The notes under the pieces: model-generated
Told to the model about the DNA's origin: nothing
Databases searched by the model: none
What the model saw: the letters and a program-made list of their open reading frames with translations, nothing else
Program-made: the position numbers and the translations under genes
Assembly (NCBI RefSeq): GCF_006345805.1
Contig: NC_043002.1
Coordinates: forward strand, 111,848,001-111,912,000
DNA length: 64,000 nt
Source: Octopus sinensis
Lineage: Eukaryota
Reading direction: 5' to 3'
Shown: positions 12,121 through 24,311 of the stretch, piece by piece
How the letters are laid out: every line of letters starts with the position of its first letter
Position numbering within the stretch: the first letter of the stretch is position 1

Positions 12121-12514
12121 ACTTTATATATAAAAGAGAGGTTGTGTGCTGTCTGTCTCCTACGATTTAGATTCCTAACTACTCCCACATTTTACGGTGC
12201 AGTTTAACCAAAACCGGGTATCTTATAGTCGTGATTCATATCGAGCCCTTCTGGGTATTAGCGCGCGTCTACGATGAGTCTACGATTTAAAAAAAAATTA
12301 CCATCAATTTTCCCATTTTTAATGCATTTTTGGCATATATAAGGGAAGTAACTCTCTAAAAATATATTATTAAATCTCAGAACGTAAAAAGCTACAGTAA
12401 CACCCCCCCTTTGTGGTTAGCCATATTGAGATGGCTATTATACTTTACATCTCTAAAAATGCTTATATAGTTATTTCCCTTACAAACCCGAGCAACACCG
12501 GGCGATACTGCTAG
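12121..12514 (+). mobile_element. Non-autonomous Helitron D
   Basis: CTTTATATATAAAAG start, subterminal hairpin, CTAG|T end. Confidence 0.9.
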
Positions 12515-12701
12515 TACTTTATAAACGAGTAAAAAGCTTTTTAAAAGTACTGCATAAAGAACAGCAAATTAAATAGAAGTCGTGTTGATTTAACTGGACT
12601 ATAATTCTTGCTGTCGTGTCATGCAACTAACAACGCTTTCCGATTATTCATGGAAAATGTGATTTTATCACTTTGTCAATCAGGTTTTAATGTGTGTACC
12701 A

Positions 12702-13000
12702 GTAGCAGTATCGCCCGGCGTTGCTCGGGTTTGTAAGGGAAATAACTATATAAACATTTTTAGAGAGTTACTTCCCTTATATAATAGCCAAAAAAATGCA
12801 TTAAAATGGGAAAAATTGATGGTAATTTTTTTTTTAAATCGTAGACTCATCGTAGACGCGCACTAATACCCAGAAGGACTCGATATGAATTACGACTATA
12901 AGATACCCGGTTTTGGTTAAACTGCACCGCAAAATGTGGGAGTAGTTAGGAATCTAAATCGTAGGAGACAGACATACAACCTTACTTTTATATATAAAGA
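12702..13000 (-). mobile_element. Non-autonomous Helitron D (short variant)
   Basis: Same ends; the terminal CTAG is mutated by one base. Confidence 0.88.
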
Positions 13001-13405
13001 TTATCCCGCTACCTTTTGCTAGTTTCGAATAGGTCGGTGATTCAATGGATAGATAACATATCTTCGGAAAGGCACAAACAAGCCAATTTACTAATTTATA
13101 TTTTCACTCTGCATATTTTTTTGTTTGTTTGTTTTTTATCACCGAAATCTCACCCCCAAAGTTCAGTATGTGAAAGGATATTGTTTAAAACATTCTTAAA
13201 ACATGACTGGTGTTGCGGAATGATTATGTTGGATTTTAACAACTTGATCGTGTTAGAGGGTCACAGAGCATTCACTGTCTCAAGTAATTTTGAAAGGCCG
13301 CGTGGATGACAACGCAGTGAGCCATATCGGGACTTATTTTCTTGCTCTCTCCTCAATATATAGGCCTTTAGCCTACTTTGCATATTAATGGTGCAAATGA
13401 AATGA

Positions 13406-13733
13406 ATACCTTTTGGTCAGCTGGGAATGCTATATCTATGATATAAAGCATACTTTGTTTACTTTCTCAATTAAGACTATGTCTGGCTTCCTATTCTCTA
13501 TCTCATGGTCGCACTGAATCATAAAATCCCATAGGATCTTTGCATTTTTATTTTCGACGATGCCTTCGGGTTTGTGGTCGTACCAATTTTTTGCTCTATC
13601 AAGTTCATACTTGTTGCAAAGTGTCCAATGGCATGCCTGGCTATATTGTCGTGGCGTCATTATACCCCTTCTGGGCTTATTATTATTATTATTGAGTGAT
13701 AGAGCAGTGCATGCCATCAAGGTGGCATGTCGA
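13406..13733 (-). mobile_element. Family E 3' end + (AAT)n + R4/Dong-like RLE fragment
   Basis: CHWTLC...WYDHKPEGIVEN...KILWDF...RKPDIVLIEK, the restriction-like endonuclease region of non-LTR elements. Confidence 0.8.
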
Positions 13734-14134
13734 GATAGGAAATTACTTTTGAGCTTACAGGATCAAGTTTGCAGTTTAGTTTCAAAATAGTGATGGTATA
13801 CGGTGAGGTGGCAGAGTGGTGCTGGATCAAATATTTTGTTTTTATCCTCCCAAAGTCTGCTATTCCTCGTAAGCTAGTTTGATGGAATTCATCCTTCTTC
13901 AAAGTTAAATATGTGGAAGCATTTGGACTTATAATTGCAAGCTAACGCGACACTCGTTAATTATACTGCGCTGCTGGTGGCAGAACTAAGTTGAGAAAAA
14001 TAGCAACAACCTCTGACTAAATGTCTTACAGAATATGATTTCGTATTTCTAAATTCAAAACTCAAATCTCCGGATAGGTTTTAAATTTATTCATCTGAGG
14101 TCAATAAAATAAGTATCAGTTACATATTTTTTTA

Positions 14135-14346
14135 TTTCTTTATTGCCCACAGGGGGCTAAACATAGAGGAGACAAACAAGAACAAAGGGATTACGTCGAT
14201 TACATCGACCCCAGTGCATAACTGGTACTTATCTAATCGACCCCGAAAGGATGAAAGGCAAAGTCGACCTCGGTGGAATTTGAACTCAGAACGTAACCGC
14301 TAAGCATTTTGCCCCGCGTGCTAACGATTCAGCCAGCTCGCCACCC
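14135..14346 (-). mobile_element. SINE family C
   Basis: GGCGAGCTGGC head, GAGTTCAAATTCC box B, conserved core, tail GTGGGCAATAAAGAAA. Confidence 0.85.
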
Positions 14347-14829
14347 TTATGTATCAGTTACATATTGAGGTCGGGCTAACCGACTGTTATCCTATCTTAT
14401 GAAATACAAGCTATGTGTCAAAGAAAATATCAATTTTAACCAAGTAACCAAGAGAAATTATTTTCATGAACGTAGAGTGTATTATTGTTTGTTTTTATCC
14501 AGTCGTATCTTTAGGTGGGTATAACTTCTTTCCTTGCACCGTTATACCATTTACCATGTGGTGTAAATTTTGGCACCGTACCAGAGCAAACGATTGTGAG
14601 AGTAAAACTACTCAGCAATCCTAAATAATGATATTGCCATTAGGAAAACAACTTAACACTTGAACTGTTTCTTGATTTACGAGAAATGTAGAGAAGAAAT
14701 TATTGAAGAACTTTGGCGGAGGCGGAGGCGGTGTCTGATATAAAAATAATTCTGAAGAAGGAAGTCAGAAAATACACACCCACCAAAACACACAGACACA
14801 AACATAAACACACGCACAAACACACACAC

Positions 14830-14884
<55 letters not shown>

Positions 14885-15184
14885 AACACAAACAAACAAA
14901 CATATGTATATATCTTTACATATTCGTGTATGTATGTGTGTATGTATGTATGTATGTATGTATGTATGTATGTATGTATGTATGTATGTATGTGTGTATG
15001 TATACCACCTTCATTAGAACGCACTGTGACTAATGCTATTGAAGAATACACACACATGCACTTCGATATTATGTATAATCACTAACAAATAAACATATTT
15101 TATTCTCTCTTTCATGAAATTTCAAATTTCTTCCAACACACTCGACACATTTTTACTTAACAGTTGCTAAATAGAACTCCTCTG

Positions 15185-15331
15185 TCGCTACGTTCTGAGT
15201 TCAAATTCTGCTGAGATCGACTTTGCCTTTCCTTTTTTCGGGGTCGATTCAATAAGTACCAGTTACGCACTGGGGTTAATGTAATCGACTTAATCCCTTC
15301 CCCAAATTTTAGGCCTTGTGTCTCCAGTAGA

Positions 15332-15335
<4 letters not shown>
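15185..15335 (+). mobile_element. SINE family C, 5'-truncated, tail variant ii
   Basis: Box B and core followed by CCCCAAATTTTAGGCCTTGTG..AGTAGAAA and (AAT)n. Confidence 0.8.
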
Positions 15336-15370
<35 letters not shown>

Positions 15371-15387
15371 TATTATTATTATTATTA

Positions 15388-15423
<36 letters not shown>

Positions 15424-15426
15424 GTA

Positions 15427-15477
<51 letters not shown>

Positions 15478-15494
15478 TATTATTATTATTATTA

Positions 15495-15550
<56 letters not shown>
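15333..15550. repeat. (AAT)n/(ATT)n microsatellite with an orientation switch
   Basis: Directly visible; the switch is near 15370. Confidence 0.95.
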
Positions 15551-15975
15551 GAGTGAGTGAGAGAGCAGCGCATGCCATCAAAATGACGAAGCCCAATATA
15601 CCCATCATGACTACCCGTCTGATAAGGATAAACCAGGCACATGCATCACAACAGTATATGCGCAACATAGTAATCTCATATCAAGATAAACAGCGCATGA
15701 CCTTGCAGGTGGGGCCCAGTTAGAATTTTCTTCAGGCCGAGTAGCCCATTCACTCAAAAAGTCCCTGAATAAGGTTTGTTTAAGCATGTTGAACGAAACA
15801 ACGATGTTTCCAGAGGTGTATTATCCAAACCTCAAAGAATTCCTCTCCACACATGGCTATGATGTTTCCCCCATCTCTTCTGCTCGTGACAGGAGATACG
15901 CATATCGTCAGCTACCAAGGGACATGCTCAACTGGTTATGGTCAAACAACTTACAAGCAAATCTGTGGTATTGAC
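15551..15975 (-). repeat. Family E
   Basis: Reverse complement of the 5121-5555 sequence, ending in (AAT)n. Confidence 0.8.
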
Positions 15976-16019
15976 CAGAACACTGGAAATGTACTGCGGT
16001 GTCAGCTCTTCGCTACCAG

Positions 16020-16520
16020 TGAATTAACGTAAAATCCCTTATTTTTCAAGCATCTACCAGTGCTATTTTCAACAAGTGCACCATCATTATTGCAACCCCT
16101 ATTTATTCCACGTACTTCTCGAGACTTTTGTTCACTCTTCCTAGGACTCCTACAATTATTGGTACTGCTGCTACCTTTTTCATCGACCACAACTGCTTAA
16201 CTTCCCCAGCTAACCTGTCATATCTCTCAACTTTTCTTTCTCCCTTATTGCATACCTTTTGGTCAGCTGGGAATGCTATATCTATGATCCAGCATACTTT
16301 GTTTACTTTCTCAATTAAGACTATGTCTGGCTTCCTATTCTCTATCTCATGGTCGCACTGAATCATAAAATCCCCTAGGATCTTTGCATTTTTATTTTCG
16401 ACGATGCCTTCGAGTTTCTGGTCGTACCAATTTTTTGCTCTATCAAGTCCATACTTGTTGCAAAGTGTCCAATGGCATGCCTGGCTATATGGTCGTGGCG
16501 TCATTATACCCCTTCTGGGC

Positions 16521-16522
<2 letters not shown>
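16020..16522 (-). pseudogene. R4/Dong-like non-LTR retrotransposon RLE C-terminal domain
   Basis: A frameshifted RHD motif, then HWTLC, KPDIV, IIDIAFP, KVERYDRL and VPIIVGVLG. Confidence 0.85.
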
Positions 16523-16570
<48 letters not shown>

Positions 16571-16865
16571 GAGTGAGAGAGCAGTGCATGCCATCAAGGT
16601 GACACTGGGGTAAAATGTACGAAGCCCAGTATACTCATCATGACTACCCGTCTGATAAGGGTACACCAGGCACATGCATCACAACCATATGTGCGCGACA
16701 TGGTGATCTCATATCAAGATAAACAGCGCATGACCTTGCAGGTGGGGCCCAGTTAGAATTTTCTTCTGGTTGAGTAGCCCATCCCGCTCAAAAGGTCCCT
16801 GAATAAAGGTTGTTTAAGAATGTTGAACAAAGCACCCATGCTTCCAAAGGTGAATTATACAAACC
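16571..16865 (-). repeat. Family E, 5'-truncated, between (AAT)n and (ATT/ATC)n tracts
   Basis: Sequence match to the other E copies. Confidence 0.8.
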
Positions 16866-16895
16866 TCTAAGAATTTTATTATTATTATTATTATT

Positions 16896-16972
<77 letters not shown>

Positions 16973-16976
16973 CATT

Positions 16977-17007
<31 letters not shown>

Positions 17008-17473
17008 ATGAATATTCGGAAGAAAATGTTTTTACTTCCAGTAGAACTAATTCACTTGTTTTCCTAAATTTCTAACATATTAAATAACTTGAGATAATGA
17101 ACGTTCGTGAAATATCTCCTCTGTAGAAGACGATATCTGAACTTTATTTATCATTTGCGTGCCAGGCAAATAACACTTTTCTAGAAATGGCTTCAGAAAT
17201 AGTTGGATCTGTGATAGTATCGAGATTAGATCGTCCTACAAGCAACAGGTTACTGGACGCTGACCCGCCACTTCCAATATGGAGCTTCTTCCACGATTAA
17301 ATTAGCAAACTCGGTAAACTAGGATTAATGAGATATATTGCACTGAATTGATTTTATTGAATAACGAACGTGGAAGTAGGAATTACAGGACCAACAGACA
17401 AATTCCTCTCAAAATTACATCCTAGCCTCTTAGAAGAAAAAGAGAAAAAAACATTAAATAATGTAGTAGTGGA

Positions 17474-17858
17474 TGGAAGCACTCCGTCGGTTACGACGAC
17501 GAGGGTTCCGGTTGATCCGAACAACGGAACAGCCTGCTCATGAAATTAACGTGTAAGTGGCTGAGCACTCCACAGACACGTGTACTCTTAACGTAGTTCT
17601 CGGGGATATTCAGCGTGACACAGAGAGTGACAAGGGCGGCCCTTTGAAATACAGGTACAACAGAAACAGGAAGTAAGAGTGAGAGAAAGTTGTGGTGAAA
17701 GAGTACAGCAGAGATCACCACCATCCCCTGCCGGAGCCTCGTGGAGCTTTTGGGTGTTTTCGCTCAATAAACACTCACAACGCCCGGTCTGGGAATCGAA
17801 ACCGCGATCCTACGACCGCGAGTCCGCTGCCCTAATCACTGGGCCATTGCGCCTCCAC
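17474..17858 (-). mobile_element. SINE family A
   Basis: Full-length match to the other A copies. Confidence 0.9.
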
Positions 17859-18203
17859 AACAACAATTACTACTACTATTATATTGCTTTCAACATTTGG
17901 CACAAGGCCAGCACTTTCGACCCTTGGTTGAATTTTTAACTCAGAACAAAAAGACGGATAAAATGCCGCTAAGCATTTTGCCCACCGTGCTAATGATTCT
18001 GCCAGCTTACCGCCATTACTATATTAATGGAGAAATTAGTTCAGACTAGAAGTGACTCATAGGAAAGATGAAGTTGTTGACATAATAGAGAAAAAACATA
18101 GTACTTCACAATGTTTCATTGCTTGACATGTTTTATTAAATCCTTGAGGTTAATTTGTCATTTTGCTCAAGACAAGGCACGTTGTTTAAGATTGAGAGAG
18201 ATT

Positions 18204-18498
18204 CTTTCTTTTATTCTTTTACTTGTTTCAGTCATTTGACTGTGGCCATGCTGGAGCACCGCCTTTAGTCGAGCAAATCGACCCCAGGACTTATTCTTTG
18301 TAAGCCCAGTACTTATTCTATCGGTCTCTTTTGCCGAACCGCTAAGTGACGGGGACATAAACACACCAGCATCGGTTGTCAAGCAATGCTAGGGGGACAA
18401 ACACAGACACACAAATATACACACACATACATATATATATATACATATATCCGACAGACTTCTTTCAGTTTCCGTCTACCAAATCCACTCACAAGGCT
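18204..18498 (-). mobile_element. SINE family B, 3' part
   Basis: Tail and body present; head replaced by an A2 segment. Confidence 0.85.
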
Positions 18499-18664
18499 CC
18501 GGCAGGGGGTGGTGATCCCTGCTGTACTCTTTCACCACTCTTCTGTTGGCCTGCTCGCTTAGCCAGCGGGGTGGCGTCATTCGAAGGCTAAAACAATGCG
18601 AACGCATTGTGACCAGCGATGTGTAACTACATCTGATAGACTGGTCGGTCACGTGATCACGTGA
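18494..18664 (+). mobile_element. SINE family A2 (A-type body, alternative tail), 3' part
   Basis: Matches the reverse complement of 45345-45520; the tail ends GGTCGGTCACGTGATCAC. Confidence 0.8.
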
Positions 18665-18844
18665 TATATGTATATGTGTATACATAAGCCTTCGCCTATA
18701 TTTAGTAAGACTTTTTGTAACTTTCGTGTGCTTAGTGAGAAACATCGATAAACTAGCTTTAATTAATGCACTGTAATTATCTATAGAACAGAAATATTCG
18801 TTTGCTAAAACGAAACATATATCTTTTACCTTTAGCATTTATTT

Positions 18845-19214
18845 GTTTCAGTTATTGGAGTCCGGCCATACTGGAAGATCTTGAAGAGTTCACTCGACCA
18901 AATCGACTCTAGTACTTTCTTTTAAGACTGGTCCTCATTCTGTCGGTATTTTTCCGAACCGCTATGTTGTGGGGATGTAAAAAAACTAATACCGGTTGTC
19001 AATCATTGCTGGGTGACAAACATAAACACAAAGAAATACAAATAGAAATATGCATACACACACACATATATATACGATGGGTTTCTTCCCGTTTCCATCT
19101 ACCAAATCCATTTACAAGTCGTTACGGGGCTATAGTAGGGGGCCTTGCTCAAAGATTCACGTAATAGGACTGAACTCAAGGTCACATGGTCGGGAAGCAA
19201 ACTCCTTAACGACG
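18845..19214 (-). mobile_element. SINE family B, old and degenerate
   Basis: Recognisable but diverged B motifs in the expected order. Confidence 0.65.
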
Positions 19215-19561
19215 TGCCTGCGCCTGAATTTGCAAGAAAAAAAGGAAGAACTATTAAAGTTAGGCTATTTTAATGAAACAATAATTATGGTGTAACCGCC
19301 CTCCAATTTCGAATCTAATTGCAGCCACATATTTTCATTCATGCCTCCGGCCTACGACGATTCCCAGACACAGTTAATAGTCTCTAGGAGGGATGGGCTT
19401 CTTTAGGTTGACCACTCTACTTGACATACTACTTTGCTTCTTGACGATGGAGTCTTTGCTATAAGGAGAAAATAAAGGAAGAAGGTATTTTCAATAATAG
19501 ATGATGTATTTATGTGTATAAATGTCTCTCGTCATGTTAAGGTTAGGTTTACGTGTGTGTG

Positions 19562-19598
<37 letters not shown>

Positions 19599-19877
19599 TA
19601 TTTATTAAAGCCGAAAAAATCTGCACAGACTGTTTCTCAGAGTTTCACGTGACCGTTTATCACCGGACACTTGCGATATCATCGTTAATGTCCGACGAAT
19701 AGTCACGTGAAACTGTAACAGTTTGTGAAGATTATTTTTGGCCTTAATAAATGCCATATTACTCTATCTTTCACAGTCGAGTACTATTTTTCCCCACCTT
19801 GTTTTGAATTTATGTGCTTACTCTTGTATTTGTGTGTGTGTGTATGTGTGTGTGAGTGTGTGTGTGTGTGTGTGTAC

Positions 19878-19908
<31 letters not shown>

Positions 19909-20046
19909 TGTGTGTGTGTGTGTGTGTGTCCCACCTCTTTCTTGTCTTTTGTAGCTAACGATATTTCCCATCGTTACCGCAGTGCTGAATTCCCGTGTTT
20001 TAGCTTTTCTGCCTCTTACTGCTCATCTTTAATCTACCATTTATTG

Positions 20047-20270
20047 GGCGGCGAGCTGGCAGAAACGTTAGCAAGCCGGGCTAAATGCTTTGTGTTATTT
20101 CGTCCGCTTCTGAGTTCAAATTCCGCCGAGGTCGACTTTGCCTTTCATCCTTTCGGGGTCGATAAATTAAGTACCAGTTAGACACTGGGGTCGATGTAAT
20201 CGACTTAATCCGTTTGTCTGTCCTTGTTTGTCCCCTCTATGTTCAGCCCCTTGTGAGCAATAAAGAAAAA
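20047..20270 (+). mobile_element. SINE family C
   Basis: Full head, core and tail. Confidence 0.9.
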
Positions 20271-20715
20271 AAAAATTATATACATTACTCTTTGCTTTCT
20301 TACTCTTTTTTTCTCTTCCTTTTTTTAAATATTTTTTGTCATTTTATCTACCAGCATTTCTTTCAACTCTCTTCTATCTTTCCTCTTCATCTCTTGAACC
20401 TTTTTTCCTTTTTAATATCGGTTCTTATTAAGGCGATGAACTGGCTGAATTATTGTCGTGCCGGCTAAAATATTTAGCGACATTTTGACGTTCTGAGATG
20501 AAATCGCGCCGAGGTCGACTTTGCTTTTCCTCCTCTTTCTTCCGTTCTTTCACAACCATTTTTAAAATTAACTTTCAGTGTTTGTGGATATGAGATCAAA
20601 ACTACTTTTAGGACCATACGTAACTTTCACTTTTATCACCAATTCGCTACACGTGAATAAAAACTGAATTGCCGAAACGGCGCGCATTCTCTCCTGATGA
20701 CCCCATACACTTGCT

Positions 20716-20948
20716 GGCGAGCTGGCAGAAGCGTTAGCACGCCGGGCGAAATGCGTAGCCGTATTTCGTCTGTCGTTACGTTCTGAGTTCAAATTCCGCC
20801 GAGGTCGACTTTGCCTTTCATCCTTTCGGGGGTCGATAACTTAAGTACCAGTTTCCCACTGGAGTCGATGTAATCGATTTAATTTCTTTGTCTGTCCTTG
20901 TTTGTCTCCTCTGTGTTTAGCCCCTTGTGGGTAGTAAAGAAATAGGTA
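20716..20948 (+). mobile_element. SINE family C inserted into repeat F
   Basis: The flanks rejoin to match the uninterrupted F copy at 32003-32109. Confidence 0.88.
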
Positions 20949-21199
20949 TACGGAGCTTTTAACTGGTAGCACTTGCATGTGCAAGTTGTTTGCAAGACAT
21001 TTTAAAGAGATCGAAGAAACGAGGTTTTATACATAAGTGCAATTGCTAGGTAAACGAAAAACTCAAACGGTTTCCAAATATGAACACAATTCGAATGCAA
21101 GATAAGAAAAAGTAAACAGAAAAAAAGAAAGCATAAGAAAAAAGGAAACTGAAAAAACAACGTATAGTAAGAATGGAATAGATGGAAACAAACAATGCA

Positions 21200-23330
21200 C
21201 ATAAAGAACAAGCATGCCAGACGTCTCAAGTAGTTGTTGGAGTCTGAGTTCATCTTGGAGATTCGAGTTGTCATTGATGGAAAGAAAAGGCCCTCTAGAG
21301 ACTTACACACTATTTTGTTGCACCTGACTGTTATGAAGTTGCTAATCTTCATGTGTGGAGATAATTATTGCAAAGAGAGTACAACCCGGGGCAAGACTGT
21401 CAGCAATATAGATGAGACTCATAGATCTTACCTTGCAATGCAGTATTACATTCTTTATGTGAATGGCATGGCTGGATATTACTTTGGAATGTCACAGACA
21501 AATTTCTCAATATGTCCGTAAACTTCTAATCCTATCACTGCATGCTTAGAGACAATTGATTCAACTACTTATATCGAAGTCAAACCCTCTTCTTCTACTG
21601 GGCTACATTTGATATGTTTGCTACGATACAACATGAAAGAATGTGTTCGATTAAGACTTATAAAAAAAGAGCCAAGATTACACCCCTGTATACATTTATG
21701 AGACGCATTCAGTAATGATGTTGCCGAAGAGAGCTTGGTTAGCTTTGCATTCTTCTTTCAAGTGTACCAATTGCCCTCAGTGCATGTACGAGCGAACATA
21801 GGATACAATGATATATGAGCGCCACTTTACTCACCCGAAATTTTTTAGCAATTTTAACTGCAAATCTAAATAGAAAAATATCAAAAAGTAATCCTTCCAG
21901 ACTAAATATACATTCACGGGCGTGACCTTATAGACAGGGTTTTCCACATAAAGCTGTTAAAGAATGTAGACTTGATTATCAAGAGTCAAATGTTTAGACC
22001 GGTAACGTTTCACGTGTACAAAATAAAGTGGCAAAATGGGCGTTGGCTACATATGCAGTCAAATTGGTTCTGTCTTATTGGTAAACCTGTCAGACCTTGA
22101 CAGACACTAAGTACTCTGCAATATAATTAAAACTTCAGTGGTTTATGATCTTTGCATGGAAGACAACATCATTCATGAAGGTGACTCAAGTAGTTGAAGT
22201 TGCCCATTCCCCTTACAAAGAAGAGTAGTATAAGATGGAGACTTCTGAGCTTTGGTTGTTGGTACGAAATTGTCAATAAATAAGTAGTTCCCTACTGTCC
22301 ACACCTGACCAAGACATTTAATGGACACATTAAAGCTGAGTTATACAAATTAATAAACTCCATTGAATTACTTACGCAACAAACTTTTGCTCTGACGAAG
22401 TAAAACAGATGTAAAGTTACCTAATTCCAGCAGGGGCAATACATCAGCAACGATAAGGATTTCTGGCACTTTTTTGTTTTCCCCACTCATGAACGATATT
22501 CCAGCAGTCAAAAATTTGCTGTCTATTAGGAATATGCCAATCAGTTTGCTTCATTCTAGAAACTGCTTCACAGGAAACGTAAAATTCAAGGAACACAAGA
22601 CTTTTAAAATTGTGTTGGTATGGTCCCATTGTAAAAACAATGTTATACGATCAGGTCTGTTGTTATACAGTGGAGGCGCAATGGCCCAGTGGTTAGGGCA
22701 GCGGACTCGCGGTCATAGGATCGCGGTTTCGATTCCCAGACCACGAAGCTCCGGCATGGGATGGTGGTAATCCCTGCTGTACTCTTTCACCACAACTTTC
22801 TCTCACTCTTACTTCCTGTTTCTGTTGTACCTGTATTTCAAAGGGCCGGCCTTGTCCCTCTCTGTGTCACGCTGAATATCCCCCGAGAACTACGTTAAGG
22901 GTACACGTGTCTGTGGAGTGCTCAGCCACTTACACGTTAATTTCACGAGCAGGCTGTTCCGTTGATTCGGATCAACCGGAACCCTCGTCGTCGTAACCGA
23001 CGGAATGCTTCCATTCCATTGTTATACAGTCTTCAGCTAAACTTTAAAAGGATCCAAATAATGCTGGCGTTTAATTTAGATCATCTACGGCTATGCAGTA
23101 AGATAAGACCAATAGCTACGAAGCTTATACAACGTATCATCAAGACTACTATTGTTATTGAATACACCAATGGAAAGAATGCAATTGTACAATTTTACTC
23201 ATCAGTTCAAACGTCAGAGCTGTTTTAACTGTTGTTACTTTTCTCGAAAATATGGACTCATGACACCCAGCTTTTGGGTTCGTCATTGGGAATGACATTG
23301 TAATTTAACTCCTTACATTAAATGTGATCC
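21200..23330 (+). pseudogene. Autonomous Helitron RepHel relic (Rep domain + PIF1-like helicase C-terminus; large internal deletion)
   Basis: IRVVIDGKKRP, APDCYEVA, IDETHRSYLAMQYYIL, GRDLIDRVFHIKL and KWQNGRWLHMQ (decayed EWQKRGLPHAH HUH motif). After the SINE: LQL..QIMLAFNLDHLRLCSKIRPIATKL (helicase IMLLRNL..LCNGTRL). Many stops. Confidence 0.8.
22670..23018 (+). mobile_element. SINE family A inside the RepHel relic
   Basis: TSD TTGTTATACAG; internal deletion after CCCAGACC. Confidence 0.9.
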
Positions 23331-23488
23331 CAAAACATAAGCATTTGCTTCAACTTAAACTGACAGATTGCTGAAATAACCCGCTATTAAATTTATTTTC
23401 TCTCATAACCAAAACAGCAGACAAGTTTATCAAAATAGATTTCTTCACAATAGAAATCTTATCTTTTTAAAAGGTTCAGACGATCGAT

Positions 23489-23708
23489 GTGTGTGTGCGT
23501 GCGTGTGTGTGTGTGTGTGTGCGTGTGTGTATGTGTGTGTGTGTGAGTGTGTGCATGTGTGTGTGTGTGTGTGTGTTTGTGTGTGTGTGTGCGTGTGTGT
23601 ATGTGTGTGTGTGTGTGTTTGTGTGTGTGTGTATGCGTGTGTGTATGTGTGTGTTTGTGTGTATGTGTGTGTATGTGTGTATGTGTGTGTGCGTGTGTGT
23701 GTGTGTGT

Positions 23709-23752
<44 letters not shown>
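23489..23752. repeat. Long imperfect (TG)n microsatellite
   Basis: Directly visible; it generates the VC/HT-rich ORFs. Confidence 0.95.
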
Positions 23753-23753
<1 letters not shown>

Positions 23754-24311
23754 AAGAGGGGACTTCCTTGCTGAGAGAATTGGTTGAAGCTCCCTCGATA
23801 AGCTAGTTGATTGTGGTAAAGATGGCTGGAACGTATTTTTCGCGCGTAAAAATTCAGATCAAGGCTAGAATTCCTTTGTTGCCGATACATCTTGGTGTAT
23901 TTACCTATCTTATAAAGTGCTGTAGTTAATTGTCCTGAAACATACATCCTTTATAAGTTTTACCCTGCATGTGTGTGCAGATGTGTGTGTGCGTATGCAC
24001 ATGTATGTGTGTGTGAGTGTGTGCGTACTTGTACGTGTATGCGACTGCGACGTTATGTATATCTAAACATCATTACATCATAATTTGTTTGACTATTGAC
24101 ATCCGTTCGCCCAACATCCAGTCGAATTAATTGCTTTACCTGATTTTTGGTTTGTTTCTTTTTACATTAATTTTTCCATTCACCAAAACCTCCAAACAAA
24201 ATTTCTTTATGCGCATGTTTTAGAAAGACTTCAATCAACACTTTTGTTAAGTTTTCATTCAGTCGCAAAAGCCGCCGGACCCTGTTGTAGTAAGTGGCAG
24301 TAATGCCACTA

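Noticed and set aside
11826-12170. Secreted protein with a signal peptide
   Set aside because: It starts at TTG, has no recognisable domain and runs into a Helitron.
15786-15974. Protein encoded by family E
   Set aside because: The frame is not kept open in the other E copies.
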